DNA of 64,000 nt from Bacteroidota bacterium (GTDB lineage Bacteria > Bacteroidota > Bacteroidia > AKYH767-A > OLB10): NCBI GenBank assembly GCA_016699635.1, contig CP064983.1:3176078-3240077 (forward strand), read 5' to 3'. A program made the position numbers and the translations under genes. Under the pieces are notes generated by a model, which was not told where the DNA came from, made no database searches, and saw nothing but the letters and a program-made list of their open reading frames with translations. Below are positions 33,432-44,943 of the stretch, piece after piece. How positions within the stretch are numbered: position 1 is the stretch's first letter; the number at the start of each line of letters is the position of its first letter.

Positions 33432-33506
33432 TTTGTGGACTAAAGTCCGATATGAGGCTTAGGGATCATCTATCTCAGGCTAAAGCCTTTGGTAGAATTC
33501 AAAAAC

Positions 33507-34391
33507 TTATCTCAACACATAAGATGATGCCCCGCTGAGGTTGCCATCAATATACACTTCTATCAGATAGGTGCCCGGTGTAAATATTCTATCGTTCTCC
33601 TCATAACTAAGGCAATTGTCAACGGTGGCATTTTCGTAGCGCAGCGATGAAACAACAGTACACATTACCTCTTCACCACTATCCATTTTAAAAGATGTAG
33701 ATCCGGCAGAGCGGTTACCCATAACCTTACCACCCGGCTCAATGATTCTGAGATAAACATTTTTTTCTCCTGCTTTGGCAATTTTATTTTCAAGAACAGA
33801 AAAACACACATCCATTTTATTGGTACGTTTTGATAAAGCGGTGGACACAAATTTGCCATTGCCTTTTTTCTTGAAAGTAGAAACTTTAAAATATTCTGAC
33901 TTTAAAACCGATGCAGTGTTAACCGTTGTTTCTAAATTTTTAGAAAGCGTTTCGACAGTGCCTGATAATTGTGCATTATCATCTTTGAGTTTTTGATTTT
34001 CTACCATCAGGGTATCTATCTTATCCAAATATTCATCACGCAGTTTTTTGAGTGACTCTAATTCTGCCATCAGCTTTTTGTTTAATGCTGCGCTGTTGCC
34101 TTCGCTTCTTATTAATTTCTGAATGCGCTCTTTCTGTTCATCAATTTTATGATTGGCCTCGGTTAAAAGACTGTCCAGATTGTCATTGATACCTTTGTAC
34201 TTGTTTAGCTCTTCGATGGTGGCACCCAATTCTTTTTCAACGTCAACACGTGCTGTAATGAGGCTGTCTTTAGTAACCTCAAATACCTCTGTAGTTGATG
34301 TGTGATTGCGCCATTGATATACGTTAAACAATGCCGAAGCAGCAAATAAAACAATCCAAATACGATTATTCCCTTTACTCTGGTTTTCCAT
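33507..34391 (-). CDS. Membrane-anchored coiled-coil protein with a C-terminal beta-rich domain (hypothetical)
   Basis: An N-terminal TM helix (IWIVLFAASALFNVY) is followed by ~150 aa of heptad-like coiled coil (ELESLKKLRDEYLDKIDTLMVENQKLKDDNAQL). Confidence 0.5.
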   Translation of the reverse strand: MENQSKGNNRIWIVLFAASALFNVYQWRNHTSTTEVFEVTKDSLITARVDVEKELGATIEELNKYKGINDNLDSLLTEANHKIDEQKERIQKLIRSEGNSAALNKKLMAELESLKKLRDEYLDKIDTLMVENQKLKDDNAQLSGTVETLSKNLETTVNTASVLKSEYFKVSTFKKKGNGKFVSTALSKRTNKMDVCFSVLENKIAKAGEKNVYLRIIEPGGKVMGNRSAGSTSFKMDSGEEVMCTVVSSLRYENATVDNCLSYEENDRIFTPGTYLIEVYIDGNLSGASSYVLR

Positions 34392-34499
34392 GATAATATT
34401 TTTATAGATTAATTAACAAAGGTAATATGTATTTTAAAGTAAACAACTCCTGTATGTCAAGGTTTTGAACAGGCGCAATGTCAACAAATGGGTATAAAG

Positions 34500-35537
34500 T
34501 CAGAACCCGAAACGGGCGCTTGGGGCCACATCAAGTGTTGAAAAATCAGCAGCAAGATATTTGAAATATGCAGCAAGACAAATCATACCGCCATTGTCAG
34601 TACACAGCGAAAGTGGCGGAATATGTACCTGCCAATTATTTTTAACTGCCTCTTCTGTTACGGCTTTCCGTAGTCCGCTGTTTGCTGATACTCCGCCAGC
34701 AATGGCAATATTGCTGATGCCTGTTTCTAAAGCTGCCTTTTTTAATTTAAGTATGAGTGTTTTTACAATGGTATATTGCACGGAAGCACATAAATCATCT
34801 CTGTTTTCAGCAATAAAAGCAGGATTTTGCGCAAGTTGTTTCTTTAAAAAATACAAGACAGAAGTTTTCAGTCCACTAAAGGAATAATTGAGCCCCGGCA
34901 GGTTTGCCACAGGAAAATTAAATGCTTTTGGATTGCCACTTTGTGCATATCTGTCAATGAGCGGCCCTCCGGGATAGGGCAACTCAAATACTTTGGCAAT
35001 TTTATCAAATGCCTCACCTGCTGCATCATCGAGTGTCTGCCCAATTATTTCCATTTGCTGTGGTGAAGTTACTCTTACAATTTGTGTATGGCCACCCGAA
35101 ACTGTGAGGCATAAAAAAGGAAATGACGGAGTTTTGCCCTCCTGCCCTTCTAAACTTAAAAAGTTAGCAAGAACATGTGCCTGCATGTGGTTGACTTCTA
35201 TGAGCGGCTTGTTTAATGCAGCAGCAGCAGACTTGGCAAAAGAAACACCAACCATTAGTGAGCCAATAAGTCCTGGTCCACGAGTAAAGGCAATGGCATC
35301 AACATCGCTGATATTTATTGCCGCTTCTCGTAATGCCTGATCCACTACAGGAACAATGTTTGACTGATGTGCCCTGCTGGCTAATTCAGGAACCACACCG
35401 CCATATTTCTGATGTACGGTTTGGTTGGCAATAACATTTGATAAAATCTGTGTATTGCGACTTACGGCAGCAGAAGTTTAATCACAGGATGATTCAATGC
35501 CAAGTATGATTATGTCTTTTTTATCAGTAACCGTCAC
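34500..35537 (-). pseudogene. tsaD: tRNA N6-adenosine threonylcarbamoyltransferase (Kae1/YgjD family) carrying an in-frame TAA at 35478..35480
   Basis: The listed ORF starts at MVPELASRAHQ (it needs a start at about 35396). Upstream, in the same frame, GTG at 35537 gives MTVTDKKDIIILGIESSCD*TSAAV. The expected GAA (Glu) is TAA here. Confidence 0.75.
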
Positions 35538-35782
35538 CTTCTTTTACACTAAAAATCAGTCAGCAAAGTTAAGAGGAAAAATCAGTTTGTCTGACAGGCT
35601 TCAAAACACATCTTATTAACCATCTATAATGCAATGAATTTAGGGTAAACTAACAAGAGTGTGGCATTATTTTTAAGGCAACATTGGTTAATCCACTTAA
35701 ATAATTACACTATTTTTATCCGCTTCAAAAACAACAGGTCATCAGGAAATTTTTAAAAATATTACTTATTACAATTGGCACA

Positions 35783-38700
35783 TTGTTGCTGCTGCTTTTT
35801 TTGTTTTCTGTCAGCTTACGATTTCAAAAAGTTCAAAGTTGGGTTGTTGATCGTGTAACAGGATATCTATCATCCGAATTAAATACAACAGTACATATTG
35901 GCGGGGTAAGGTTTGTATTGATAAAAAGTGTATATCTTGATGATGTGTTTATTGCCGACAAACAGCAAGATACGCTGTTGTATGCCAAACACCTTACAGC
36001 AACAGTGGCTTTTCAGTCCTTGTTTATCAGGAATAAAAAACTGATTCTTGATGAAGTGCAGTTGGACAAAGCGCGAATAGCATTATCAAAGTCGAAGAGC
36101 ACAAGAGATATGAACTTCGATTTTATTATAGATTATTTCAGTTCTCCTTCAAAAGACACTACATCATCACCATTTTATTTTGCCGTGAATAGGGTTATTT
36201 TAAGCAATATACATTTCACTTATCGCGATTTTAAGTGGGATGATAAAACACCTTGTATTGATTTTGAAGATATTGACGTGTCAGACTTTAATGGAACACT
36301 TTACAATATAAAGCCAACAGACAGCTCGTTTTCATTTTATGGAAGTAAAATATCTCTGAAAGAAAAATCAGGATTTAAAATAAACTCTTTTCTACTTATG
36401 CTGCTTTTTATAACGACAGCATGTCGTTTAATAAAATTCTGTTGCGCACACCTACTCTTCTATTGATGCCGGACACTACAGTATGTCGTATAACAGTATG
36501 ACAGACTTTGAAGACTACATCAATAAGGTAATGATGAAAGGCGAGTTTAATGAAAGCACAATTTCTTCAAACGACATTCAGTACTTTGCCGAAGAACTTT
36601 TTGGCCTAGATAAACGTGTTGAGTTTAGTGGTACTGCCAGAGGAACGGTGAGCAATCTAAAAACCAAAAAACTTAAAATTGCTTATGGAAAGAGCACACG
36701 ATTTGAAGGTGATGTAAGCCTTAATGGTTTGCCTGATGTAAATACAACTTTTATAAATCTAAACATAAAACATCTTTCAACCAACAAGACCGATATTGAA
36801 ACCATTAAACAATATCCATTTACAGAGCAACAATATATTAAATTGCCTGATAACATTTCTGAACTTGGTAAGATTGTTTACAGAGGTGTTTTTACAGGAT
36901 TTTATAACGACTTTGTTTCGTATGGAAATATTACAACAGCAATCGGCAACCTGTCAACCGATGTAAATTTAAAATTCAAAAACAAGGCAAATGAGTCAAC
37001 TTACTCCGGTAAACTCACTGCCGACAACTTTGATATTGGTAAATTCTGGCGATTGGGAAATGCCGTAGGAACAATCAGTTTTAATGCACAGCTAAATGGT
37101 ACAGGATTTACATCAGAGAAAGTTAATGCACGTCTGACAGGTTTGGTAAGTCATGTTAATTTAAATGGCTATGATTATTCAAACATCAACTTAGATGCTG
37201 ATGTGGCCCGGAAACTTTTTAACGGAACATTAAACATGAATGACAGAAATGCACAGGTTTCATTTAAAGGAAGTATTGATTTCAGAGAGAAACTGCCTTT
37301 GTTTGATTTTAATGCTATAGTTAAAAATGCCGCATTGACTAAACTTAATCTGCTAAAAAGAGATACATCTGCCCTACTTTCTACTGAAGCAAATCTGAAC
37401 ATGCGCGGGTTTAATTTTGATGAGTTTGAGGGAAAACTGCAACTTAAAAATATTAGTTATTCAGAAGAATATAAATCTGCTTTTGTAGAAAAAATATTGG
37501 TTCAGTCAGGGATGGAGAATAATAACAGAAACCTGAATGTGAATTCCGATTTACTGGATTTGAATATTAATGGTCAGTATATTTTATCAAAAATTGTCTA
37601 TTCATTCGGTCATGTACTTAACTGCCATCTGCCACCATTCATGCTTAAATTATCACCTGATGTAGAAAAAACTAATACTATTTTTTCATTCAGTGGAAAT
37701 ATAAAAGATGTAAATCCTGTGTTGAACATCTTTACTCCGGGATTGTCTGTAAGTAATCAAACTGAGTTTTCAGGAAGGCTGAATCGTCAGCATTGCGAAA
37801 TAGAAGTGGATGCAACATCACCCTGGATTAATTACAAAAATTTCGAAAATAAAAACATTAAACTCACATCAAACAATAAGAACAATTTATTAAATATTGA
37901 TTTATCTGCCTCTCAGGTTAAAATTTCTGACAGTTTAATTCTGAAAAATATTTTACTTGATGCAGAGACACAAAAAAGCAAATCATCCATTGTACTTACA
38001 GTTGCCAACGATTCACTCTCTACCTCAAAAATGAGACTGGCAACAGAGCAGACTTACACAAATGGAGCGACACGTTTTCATTTGCTTGAGTCTTTGCTTC
38101 AGTTCAAAGGCGAACAATGGCAGGTTGATCCGGCAAACGAAATTTTATTCGACTCAGCATCTATTTCTTTTGACAAGGTGTTGTTCACCAACAAAAGTCA
38201 GTCGCTTATGTTGCAGGGCAAAGTAGGAAATAGTAAAGATGATGTGTTGAGCCTGAATTTATTTAAGTTTAAGGTTCCCTTAATAAATGATTTACTGGCT
38301 ATGTATGATATCAAGTTAGGTGGTGCTGCAAGTGGTAATTTGAATTTCAGTTCACTCTATCAACGAGCAATCATCACCGGTGAAATGCGAGTGGATAGTT
38401 TTGCGTTTAATGACGAACCATTGGGAAATGCCATCGTGAATTTTGATTGGCTGACAGACCAAAAGAAATTGCATATTGAAGGTACCATTGAACAAAACAA
38501 CAGAAACAGTGCTGTTGTAAAAGGTGACTATATTTTTAAACCAAAAAATGATGAGCTGAGTTTTAATATTAAAGTTGACAAACTTAGCATAACACCTTTA
38601 GAAAGATATCTGAATGGTTTTGCAAGTAAAATTGTAGGATTGGCAACAGGAGAGTTAAATCTTACAGGATTGGCAAAAGCACCTAACCTAACCGGCAAGG

Positions 38701-40112
38701 CCCGATTACAACGTGCATCTATGGTAATTGATTATGTGAACACACGCTATTCTGTTTTACCGGAGCAAGATATTATTTTTGATGAAAAATATATTGCATT
38801 TAACAAAGTTGGAATTTCTGATGATCAGAATCACAAAGGCACTGTTGATGGAAAAATATTTCATAATCATTTTAATGATTTCACTTTCAGCCTTAGAGTT
38901 GATGCAAATAAACTTCAATGTCTTAACACGAATGCTTCTCAAAACGAATTGTTCTATGGCAAAGCTTTTGCAACCGGATATGCAAAAATAATCGGTACGT
39001 TAAACCTGATGAAATTGGATGTAGTGGCACGTTCTGAATCAGGAACACAAATATTTATTCCGCTTTCAAACCCTGAAGAAGTAACACAGAGTAATTATAT
39101 CAACTTTATCAATGTGAATGATACTGCTGCCAAAAAGTTTGTGGTAACAAATAAAGTTGATTTATCAGGCATACAAATGGATTTACAACTTGAAGCAACG
39201 CCTGAGGCAGAGATTCAGCTGATATTTGACTCTAAAGTTGGTGATGTGATGCGTGGTAATGGATCAGGAATTTTAAGGATGCAGATTTCGCAGGCAGGGG
39301 AATTTTCCATGTATGGTGATTACAATATTCTTGCAGGTGATTATTTGTTTACACTTCAAAATATAGTTAACAAAAGATTTAAAATTCAGAGCGGGCTGAT
39401 ACAATGGGCAGGCTCGCCTTACGATGCAACCATCAATATCAATGCAAAATACAACCTTCGTGCATCAACGTTTGATCTCATTCCTGACTCCTCAAACCGC
39501 AGCAGAGTACCGGTGGAAGTATTGCTGCAGTTAAAAAACAACTTAATGAGTCCTGATGTTATTTTTGACGTAAATGTGCCAAATGCCACTCCTGCTGTGC
39601 GAACAAGTCTGAGTAGTATTTTAGGTAATGAGCGCGAAATGAACAGGCAGGTTTTCAGTCTGCTTGTGTTAAACCGTTTTTCGCCACCGGAAGGAAAAAA
39701 CACCTCTGAAGAAAGTGGTTCCGGCAATGCAGTTGGCCAGAATTTGAGTGAATTTGTTTCGCAACAGCTTTCGAATTGGGCATCGCAGTTAAGTGATAAA
39801 TTTAATATCGGTGTAAACTATCGTCCGGGCGATGCACTTAACAGAGATGAGTTTGATGTATCTATTTCAACAGAATTGTTCAGAAACAGAGTTGCTGTTG
39901 AAAGTAATGTTGGTGTTGCCAACAACAGCAATCAGACTTCAAGTATTATTGGCGACTTTCAGGTTGAATTTAAAATCAGCAAAGACGGCAATCTTCGTGC
40001 AAAAGCGTTTAATAAAACCAACACCAACAATTTGATAAATAACCTTAACTCACAATACACTCAGGGAATTGGTGTTTTTACAGAAAAGAATTTAACACTG
40101 TTTCAGACTTAG
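35783..40112 (+). pseudogene. tamB: Translocation/assembly module TamB-like (AsmA-like N-terminus, DUF490 C-terminus), ~1440 aa, frameshifted at ~36380-36480
   Basis: ORF1 has an N-terminal TM segment. The 1209-aa ORF2 is full of the amphipathic beta-taco repeats typical of TamB. The true start may lie upstream of 35783. Confidence 0.6.
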
Positions 40113-40152
40113 TTGAATCGTTCAGAAAAAGAAAAAAAACTGCTGCACCAAA

Positions 40153-41349
40153 CTAAATTTCCATCAGCGAGCTGCTTCCTCCTACCCAGGTTTTGTTCTT
40201 ATTGTGGCTTACACCAATCATTGCACCTTTACTTAATCGTGTAAGATTAAGCACTAACTGCGGTTTGGTTTCAGCATCATCCCAGATATAGAGTAAACGA
40301 ACTTCAACCTTTGCAGCTCCATCGGGTGTTTCCATGCAAGGCACATAATTTACTTTTCGCTGTATCAAAAATTCATTTCTTTTTTCCTTTGGAATGTTTT
40401 CAACGTCTGACGATGTTACATCTATCAACACACCACTGCCTGCAAAGGAAAATAGCGGCTTCAACACAAAATCAGCAAGGCTTAATTTTGATGTGTCAAC
40501 ATCACTTAAAAAGTAACATTCCGAAGCAAATCTGCTTTTAATAAATGGCATGGTGTATTTACTGATTCTAAAAAACCAATTTGGATGTCCTGCCCATTCC
40601 ACATCTACATCATCAGTCAGATTGAAATCTTTAATCAGGTCTTTTCGTTGCAGCAACTCGTCAAAAATAATTCTGTTATAAATTCTGTAAATGGGAGTTT
40701 TTACCCCATTCAAATCATAAAACAATTTTTTTCCCTCTTTAATCACCTTCGAAATACAAACCGGTTCTACTCCTGTATATGTTTTTGTTTCCCAAAAGTC
40801 AATCCATGTTTTTTGTTTTTCGGGTTCTATTTCAAGCAAGATAACATTCTCGGGTTTATGATTTCCAAGAATAACTTTTCGCATCAATGCACGATGCTTT
40901 TCAGTATTCCATCCATCAAAAAAATGGCTGAAACCTTCAGGTATCTGAAAATATTTAGCATAAGTGCGCGGCAACAAATCCTGCCAGAAAAAAAGAGAGG
41001 CAAACCCTTGCAGTTCTATCAATTGCGGCAAATAATTTCCATTATCATCTTTGCAGATAGCGAAATCAATTGCAATAAAATGTGGATGTTTATTTTCATT
41101 CGGAACTTTTAATCCATGCGGAATAGCTTGTTCACTTTTTAAAAGATATTCAGGAGTCAGTGATTGAGATAATATTTCATTACCGGCTTCAACTAGCAAA
41201 TCTTTTAATTTTTTTGGAATAAAAACTGGCGACTCTGCAATTCGGAATTCTACTTTTCTATTGTAAAGGTTATCATAATAAGCTAAAAAATCCGAGTATG
41301 TTTCTTCCTTAAATTCTCTTAAATATTTATCTCTAATTTCTTTAATCAT
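40153..41349 (-). CDS. Hypothetical protein, possibly ATP-grasp-like
   Basis: VLKPLFSFAGSGVLIDV and the C-terminal EVRLLYIWDDA...GAMIGVSHNKNKTWVGGS resemble ATP-grasp B/C subdomains. The family is not recognised with confidence. Confidence 0.35.
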   Translation of the reverse strand: MIKEIRDKYLREFKEETYSDFLAYYDNLYNRKVEFRIAESPVFIPKKLKDLLVEAGNEILSQSLTPEYLLKSEQAIPHGLKVPNENKHPHFIAIDFAICKDDNGNYLPQLIELQGFASLFFWQDLLPRTYAKYFQIPEGFSHFFDGWNTEKHRALMRKVILGNHKPENVILLEIEPEKQKTWIDFWETKTYTGVEPVCISKVIKEGKKLFYDLNGVKTPIYRIYNRIIFDELLQRKDLIKDFNLTDDVDVEWAGHPNWFFRISKYTMPFIKSRFASECYFLSDVDTSKLSLADFVLKPLFSFAGSGVLIDVTSSDVENIPKEKRNEFLIQRKVNYVPCMETPDGAAKVEVRLLYIWDDAETKPQLVLNLTRLSKGAMIGVSHNKNKTWVGGSSSLMEI

Positions 41350-41366
41350 GTGTCAAAAATAAAAAA

Positions 41367-41390
41367 GGGTGACTTATTTCTAAATCACCC
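41367..41390 (-). terminator. Rho-independent terminator for the 41409..41813 gene
   Basis: gggtga-cttatttctaaa-tcaccc, followed on the minus strand by a T6 run. Confidence 0.5.
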
Positions 41391-41408
41391 AAGTAAAAAA
41401 TTTTCAGC

Positions 41409-41813
41409 TTAAAGTTTTTTTATCTCTCTTTCTGTAACCCACTTATCTTTAAAAACTGTTTTATCATATTTTATATGATATTTATTTTCTCCAACTTCAA
41501 TTACAGTTGCAGGTTCAGGAACCATACCATATTCCACTTCAACCCTATCTCCAACCTTAAATTTTGTCAATGGTTGTGCAGGCGCTTCTTTTGCAAAATC
41601 TTTTAAACGATCAATCGTAACCCACTCGTTCCAACCTTCATCCCAACCATCATAAGAAACATAATAGGTGTGATCATCGGCATTAATTTTCAAAATTTTA
41701 CCGGGATACCATGCGCCTTTTGAATTTATTTGTACTTTCTCGTTAACTTTTTGCGCATAAGTAAAAGTTAAAAACCCTAAAAAGAACAAACTTGTGAATA
41801 TTAGTTTTTTCAT
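41409..41813 (-). CDS. Small secreted protein with two tandem Tudor/SH3-like (agenet-like) beta-barrel modules
   Basis: A signal peptide is followed by KGAWYPGKILKI...YYVSYDGWD and a second repeat KVGDRVEVEYG...PATVIEV..KYHIKYD. Confidence 0.45.
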   Translation of the reverse strand: MKKLIFTSLFFLGFLTFTYAQKVNEKVQINSKGAWYPGKILKINADDHTYYVSYDGWDEGWNEWVTIDRLKDFAKEAPAQPLTKFKVGDRVEVEYGMVPEPATVIEVGENKYHIKYDKTVFKDKWVTEREIKKL

Positions 41814-41960
41814 TTTATTTAATTTTCCCCAAATATAGTATTTAATTCAGGTTAGGGACGCCATTCTACCGCTAATTTATAAACCTCATAAAAAATTTAT
41901 CTTCGTGTATAGAATCCTACCAGTCCGAATCAAAATTTTGTTTGATTTGCATACTGTAAA

Positions 41961-43215
41961 ATGGTTCAGGAAAAACGGGCTTTAATCTTTAATTACTTAT
42001 TCTGGCTTACAGGGTTTTTGTTACCATTTGACCAGCCTTGGATTAATTATGCGCTTGGCCTGTTGCTTTTATTTTTTGTTGTGCAATGGCTGACAGGAAA
42101 ATATCAGATTAAAATTCAGAACCCTTTGTTGTGGCTGCCTCTCTCTTATTTTCTACTGCATTGTATAGGCATGCTTTACACTCAATCGCAATATACTGGT
42201 TGGATTGAATTATCGGCAAAAAGTTCTTTCCTTATTTTTCCACTACTCTTCTCGTCCAATGCCATTTCGCGTGATATAATTAAGACCTTTAAGTTATTTT
42301 TTATAGCAGGAAGCGGAATAATTTGCCTGTATAATCTGCTGCTGTCATTCAATCAATATATTCAGCATGGCAACATGAGTGCATTTTATTATGTCGCTTT
42401 TTCCAAAGGTATGCATGTGCAGTATCTGACAATTTATTTAAACCTTGCTATATTATTTATTTTAGAAATACTTTTTGACACTTCCTCTCAAACAAAACCA
42501 ATCAAAAAAGCTTATTGGGTATTATTGGTCTTGTTCTTTTTAGTCAATATTACCTTGCTTGCCAGCAGACTTGCCACCGTAGTATCTTATGCAACAATTT
42601 TGTTTTATACCGTTGTGAGAATTATTTCATCACCAAATTACCTACGATACTCCATTCTTGCAGCATTGTTTGCAGCTTCTGTGCTGATTATAGATTATTT
42701 TGCATTTAAGAAGATTAACCGCTTCGAGCAGGTCGAAATATTTTAAAAGAAAACACAAACTATGTTGACTTTTCAAAAACTGAATATAACAGCACCACGT
42801 TAAGAATTCCACTTTGGATAAATGCTTATGAAGTCATTCAGCGCAATCCTTTATTTGGTGTAGGCACGGGCGATGTTAAGTCAAGTTTAGATTCTATGTA
42901 TCTGAAAAATAAATTTACTTATGCCCATCAGAATCACTTCAACCCACACAATCAGTATCTACAAACGGGAGTTGCTTTTGGACTGACAGGAATTTCTTTT
43001 TTAATGTTAATGATGCTTATTCCGCTCTATTATGCAATCAGGAACAGACATTATATTTTCATTGCATTTCAATGTATTTTTTATTGAATATGCTCACAGA
43101 GTCAATCTTAGAAAGGCAGGCGGGCATTATTTTATTCTGTCTTTTTTATGCCATTTTCAGCTCTGAATATGTTGCCGCAGCATTAAAGACCGTACCCGAA
43201 CAAAACAATACGTAA
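41961..43215 (+). pseudogene. O-antigen ligase / Wzy_C-domain polytopic membrane protein, split into >=4 frames
   Basis: Wzy_C hallmarks appear in different frames: TTLRIPLWINAYEVIQRNPLFGVGTGD and AHQNHFNPHNQYLQTGVAFGLTG. The C-terminal tail runs to 43215. Confidence 0.55.
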
Positions 43216-43237
43216 TTTTACAGCCTAATTTCAATTT

Positions 43238-44460
43238 ATGAAAGTACCATTTGCGCCACCTCGCATGGACCAACGTGTCATTGATGAAGTTGCAGACACA
43301 CTTCTTTCGGGCTGGATAACAACAGTGCCTAAGACTAAAAAGTTTGAAAAACTACTTACAGCATACTGCAATGTGCCTAATGTGCTTGCCCTGAATTCTG
43401 CTACTGCAGGTCTTGAAATAATGCTTCGCTGGTTTGGTGTAAAAGAAGGTGATGAAGTAATTTTACCGGCATACACCTACTCTGCTACTGCCAACGTAGT
43501 GATTCATTGTGGTGCAAAACCTGTGTTTGTTGATGTGGGTGATGATTTTAATATTCTGCCCTCTGAAATTGAAAACGCCATCAACAAAAATACAAAGGTG
43601 ATTATGCCTGTTGATTTTGGTGGGCTGCCCTGCGATTTTCAAAAAGTAAATAATATATTTCAATCAGAAAATATCAAAAATAAATTTGTGCCTGCAACCG
43701 ATGTGCAGCAGCAATTAGGACGCATTTTAGTTTTGTCTGATGCTGCACATTCTTTTGGCGCTACTGTCAACAATATTAAAACTGGAGCGCTGACCGATGT
43801 TTCTGTTTTTTCTTTTCATGCTGTAAAAAACCTAACTACAGGTGAAGGTGGTGCCATTGCATTAAACCTGCCAAAGCCTTTCGATAATCAAAGCATATAT
43901 GACTATCTGTGCATTTACACCTGCATGGACAGAATAAAGATGCACTGGCAAAAAATGCAAAAGGCAATTGGCGTTACGATATTATTGAAGCCGGATTTAA
44001 ATGTAATATGACAGATATTATGGCGTCCATTGGTCAAGTAGAACTTGAACGCTATGCAGAAACATTAGAACGCAGAAAACAAATTGTTGCAAACTACAAT
44101 GAGGCATTTGCAAAATATCCATGGGCGCAATTGCCCGAATTTAAATCAAACTGGCGTGAAAGCTCCTATCACCTCTATCCTATCAGAATAAAAAACTGTA
44201 CAGAAAAACAACGTGATGCCATTATGCAAAAAATGTTTGATGCTGATATAGCAGTGAATGTACATTTTATTCCTGTTCCTATGTTTTCGTTTTATACCAA
44301 ATTAGGTTATAGTCTTCAACATTATCCCAAAGCAAAGGACAACTATGAAAGAGAAATTTCTTTACCGCTTTTTTACAACCTCACCGAAGAACAACAACAA
44401 TATGTTATTGACAATTTGATAAAGGCTGTGAATAAGACGCTGTACATCACTTGCAATTAA
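43238..44460 (+). pseudogene. DegT/DnrJ/EryC1/StrS-family PLP-dependent sugar aminotransferase with a frameshift at ~43905-43925
   Basis: DALLSGWITTVPKTKKFE...SATAGLEIML is followed by the Schiff-base lysine region FSFHAVKNLTTGEGGAI, then NMTDIMASIGQVELERY in a second frame. Confidence 0.75.
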
Positions 44461-44920
44461 CTCCTGAATGATTTTGTGCTTTTCTTCTTCATTAAAATAT
44501 TCTGTGCTTTTTGAATGATTTTTTTGCCCATGTTTTACACTTTTTTTGTGTAACTCTATTTTAGGGCAAGACATTGCAGGTTTTCAAAAGATTCATCTCC
44601 TACTTTAACCTCCCGATAGCTATCGGGATTATCAGACTTAATTCTCTTGTGCCATCGAATATAAATTTGATACAATGTTAGGTCTTCTTGTTTTAATTCC
44701 GGTGTTATAACCTAACTGCCGCATCCATCTAAGAAGCTGTCCGTGTTCTTCAACCTCACCTGTGTATTTTTCCCAAATCTGTACTTTGGTACATTGAGTT
44801 GCAATTAGCTCCTGAATGATTTTGTGTTTTTCTTCTACGGCAAAATATTTACCCGCTTTTTGAATGATTTTTTTATCCATGTTTTACACTTTTTAGTGTA
44901 AACCTATTTCAGGACAAGAC
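44450..44920 (-). mobile_element. Degenerate IS3-family remnant: two direct copies of a ~130-bp segment (44450..44578 and 44796..44920), an orfA-like gene, an 18-bp perfect palindrome, and no orfB/integrase
   Basis: Both copies begin ttgcaatta(a/g)ctcctgaatgattttgtg and end gacaagacat. The palindrome tcccgatagctatcggga lies at 44610..44627. Confidence 0.55.
44638..44880 (-). CDS. IS3-family transposase OrfA-like HTH protein (80 aa; remnant)
   Basis: KYFAVEEKHKIIQELIATQCTKVQIWEKYTGEVEEHGQLLRWMRQLGY fits the HTH_Tnp_1 pattern (F..E.K..IV.E......I..KYGI.....L..W.RQ). Confidence 0.5.
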   Translation of the reverse strand: MDKKIIQKAGKYFAVEEKHKIIQELIATQCTKVQIWEKYTGEVEEHGQLLRWMRQLGYNTGIKTRRPNIVSNLYSMAQEN

Positions 44921-44943
44921 ATGTGTGTGCTTTTGTGTGTTGG

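Noticed and set aside
33775-35340. Plus-strand ORFs 33775..33996, 34561..34887 and 34993..35340
   Set aside because: They are antisense to the coiled-coil protein and tsaD genes and have no motifs.
44638-44880. Calling a complete IS element
   Set aside because: No DDE/rve integrase ORF or terminal inverted repeats are identifiable. Only an OrfA-like HTH gene and a duplicated 5' fragment remain, so it is scored as a remnant.
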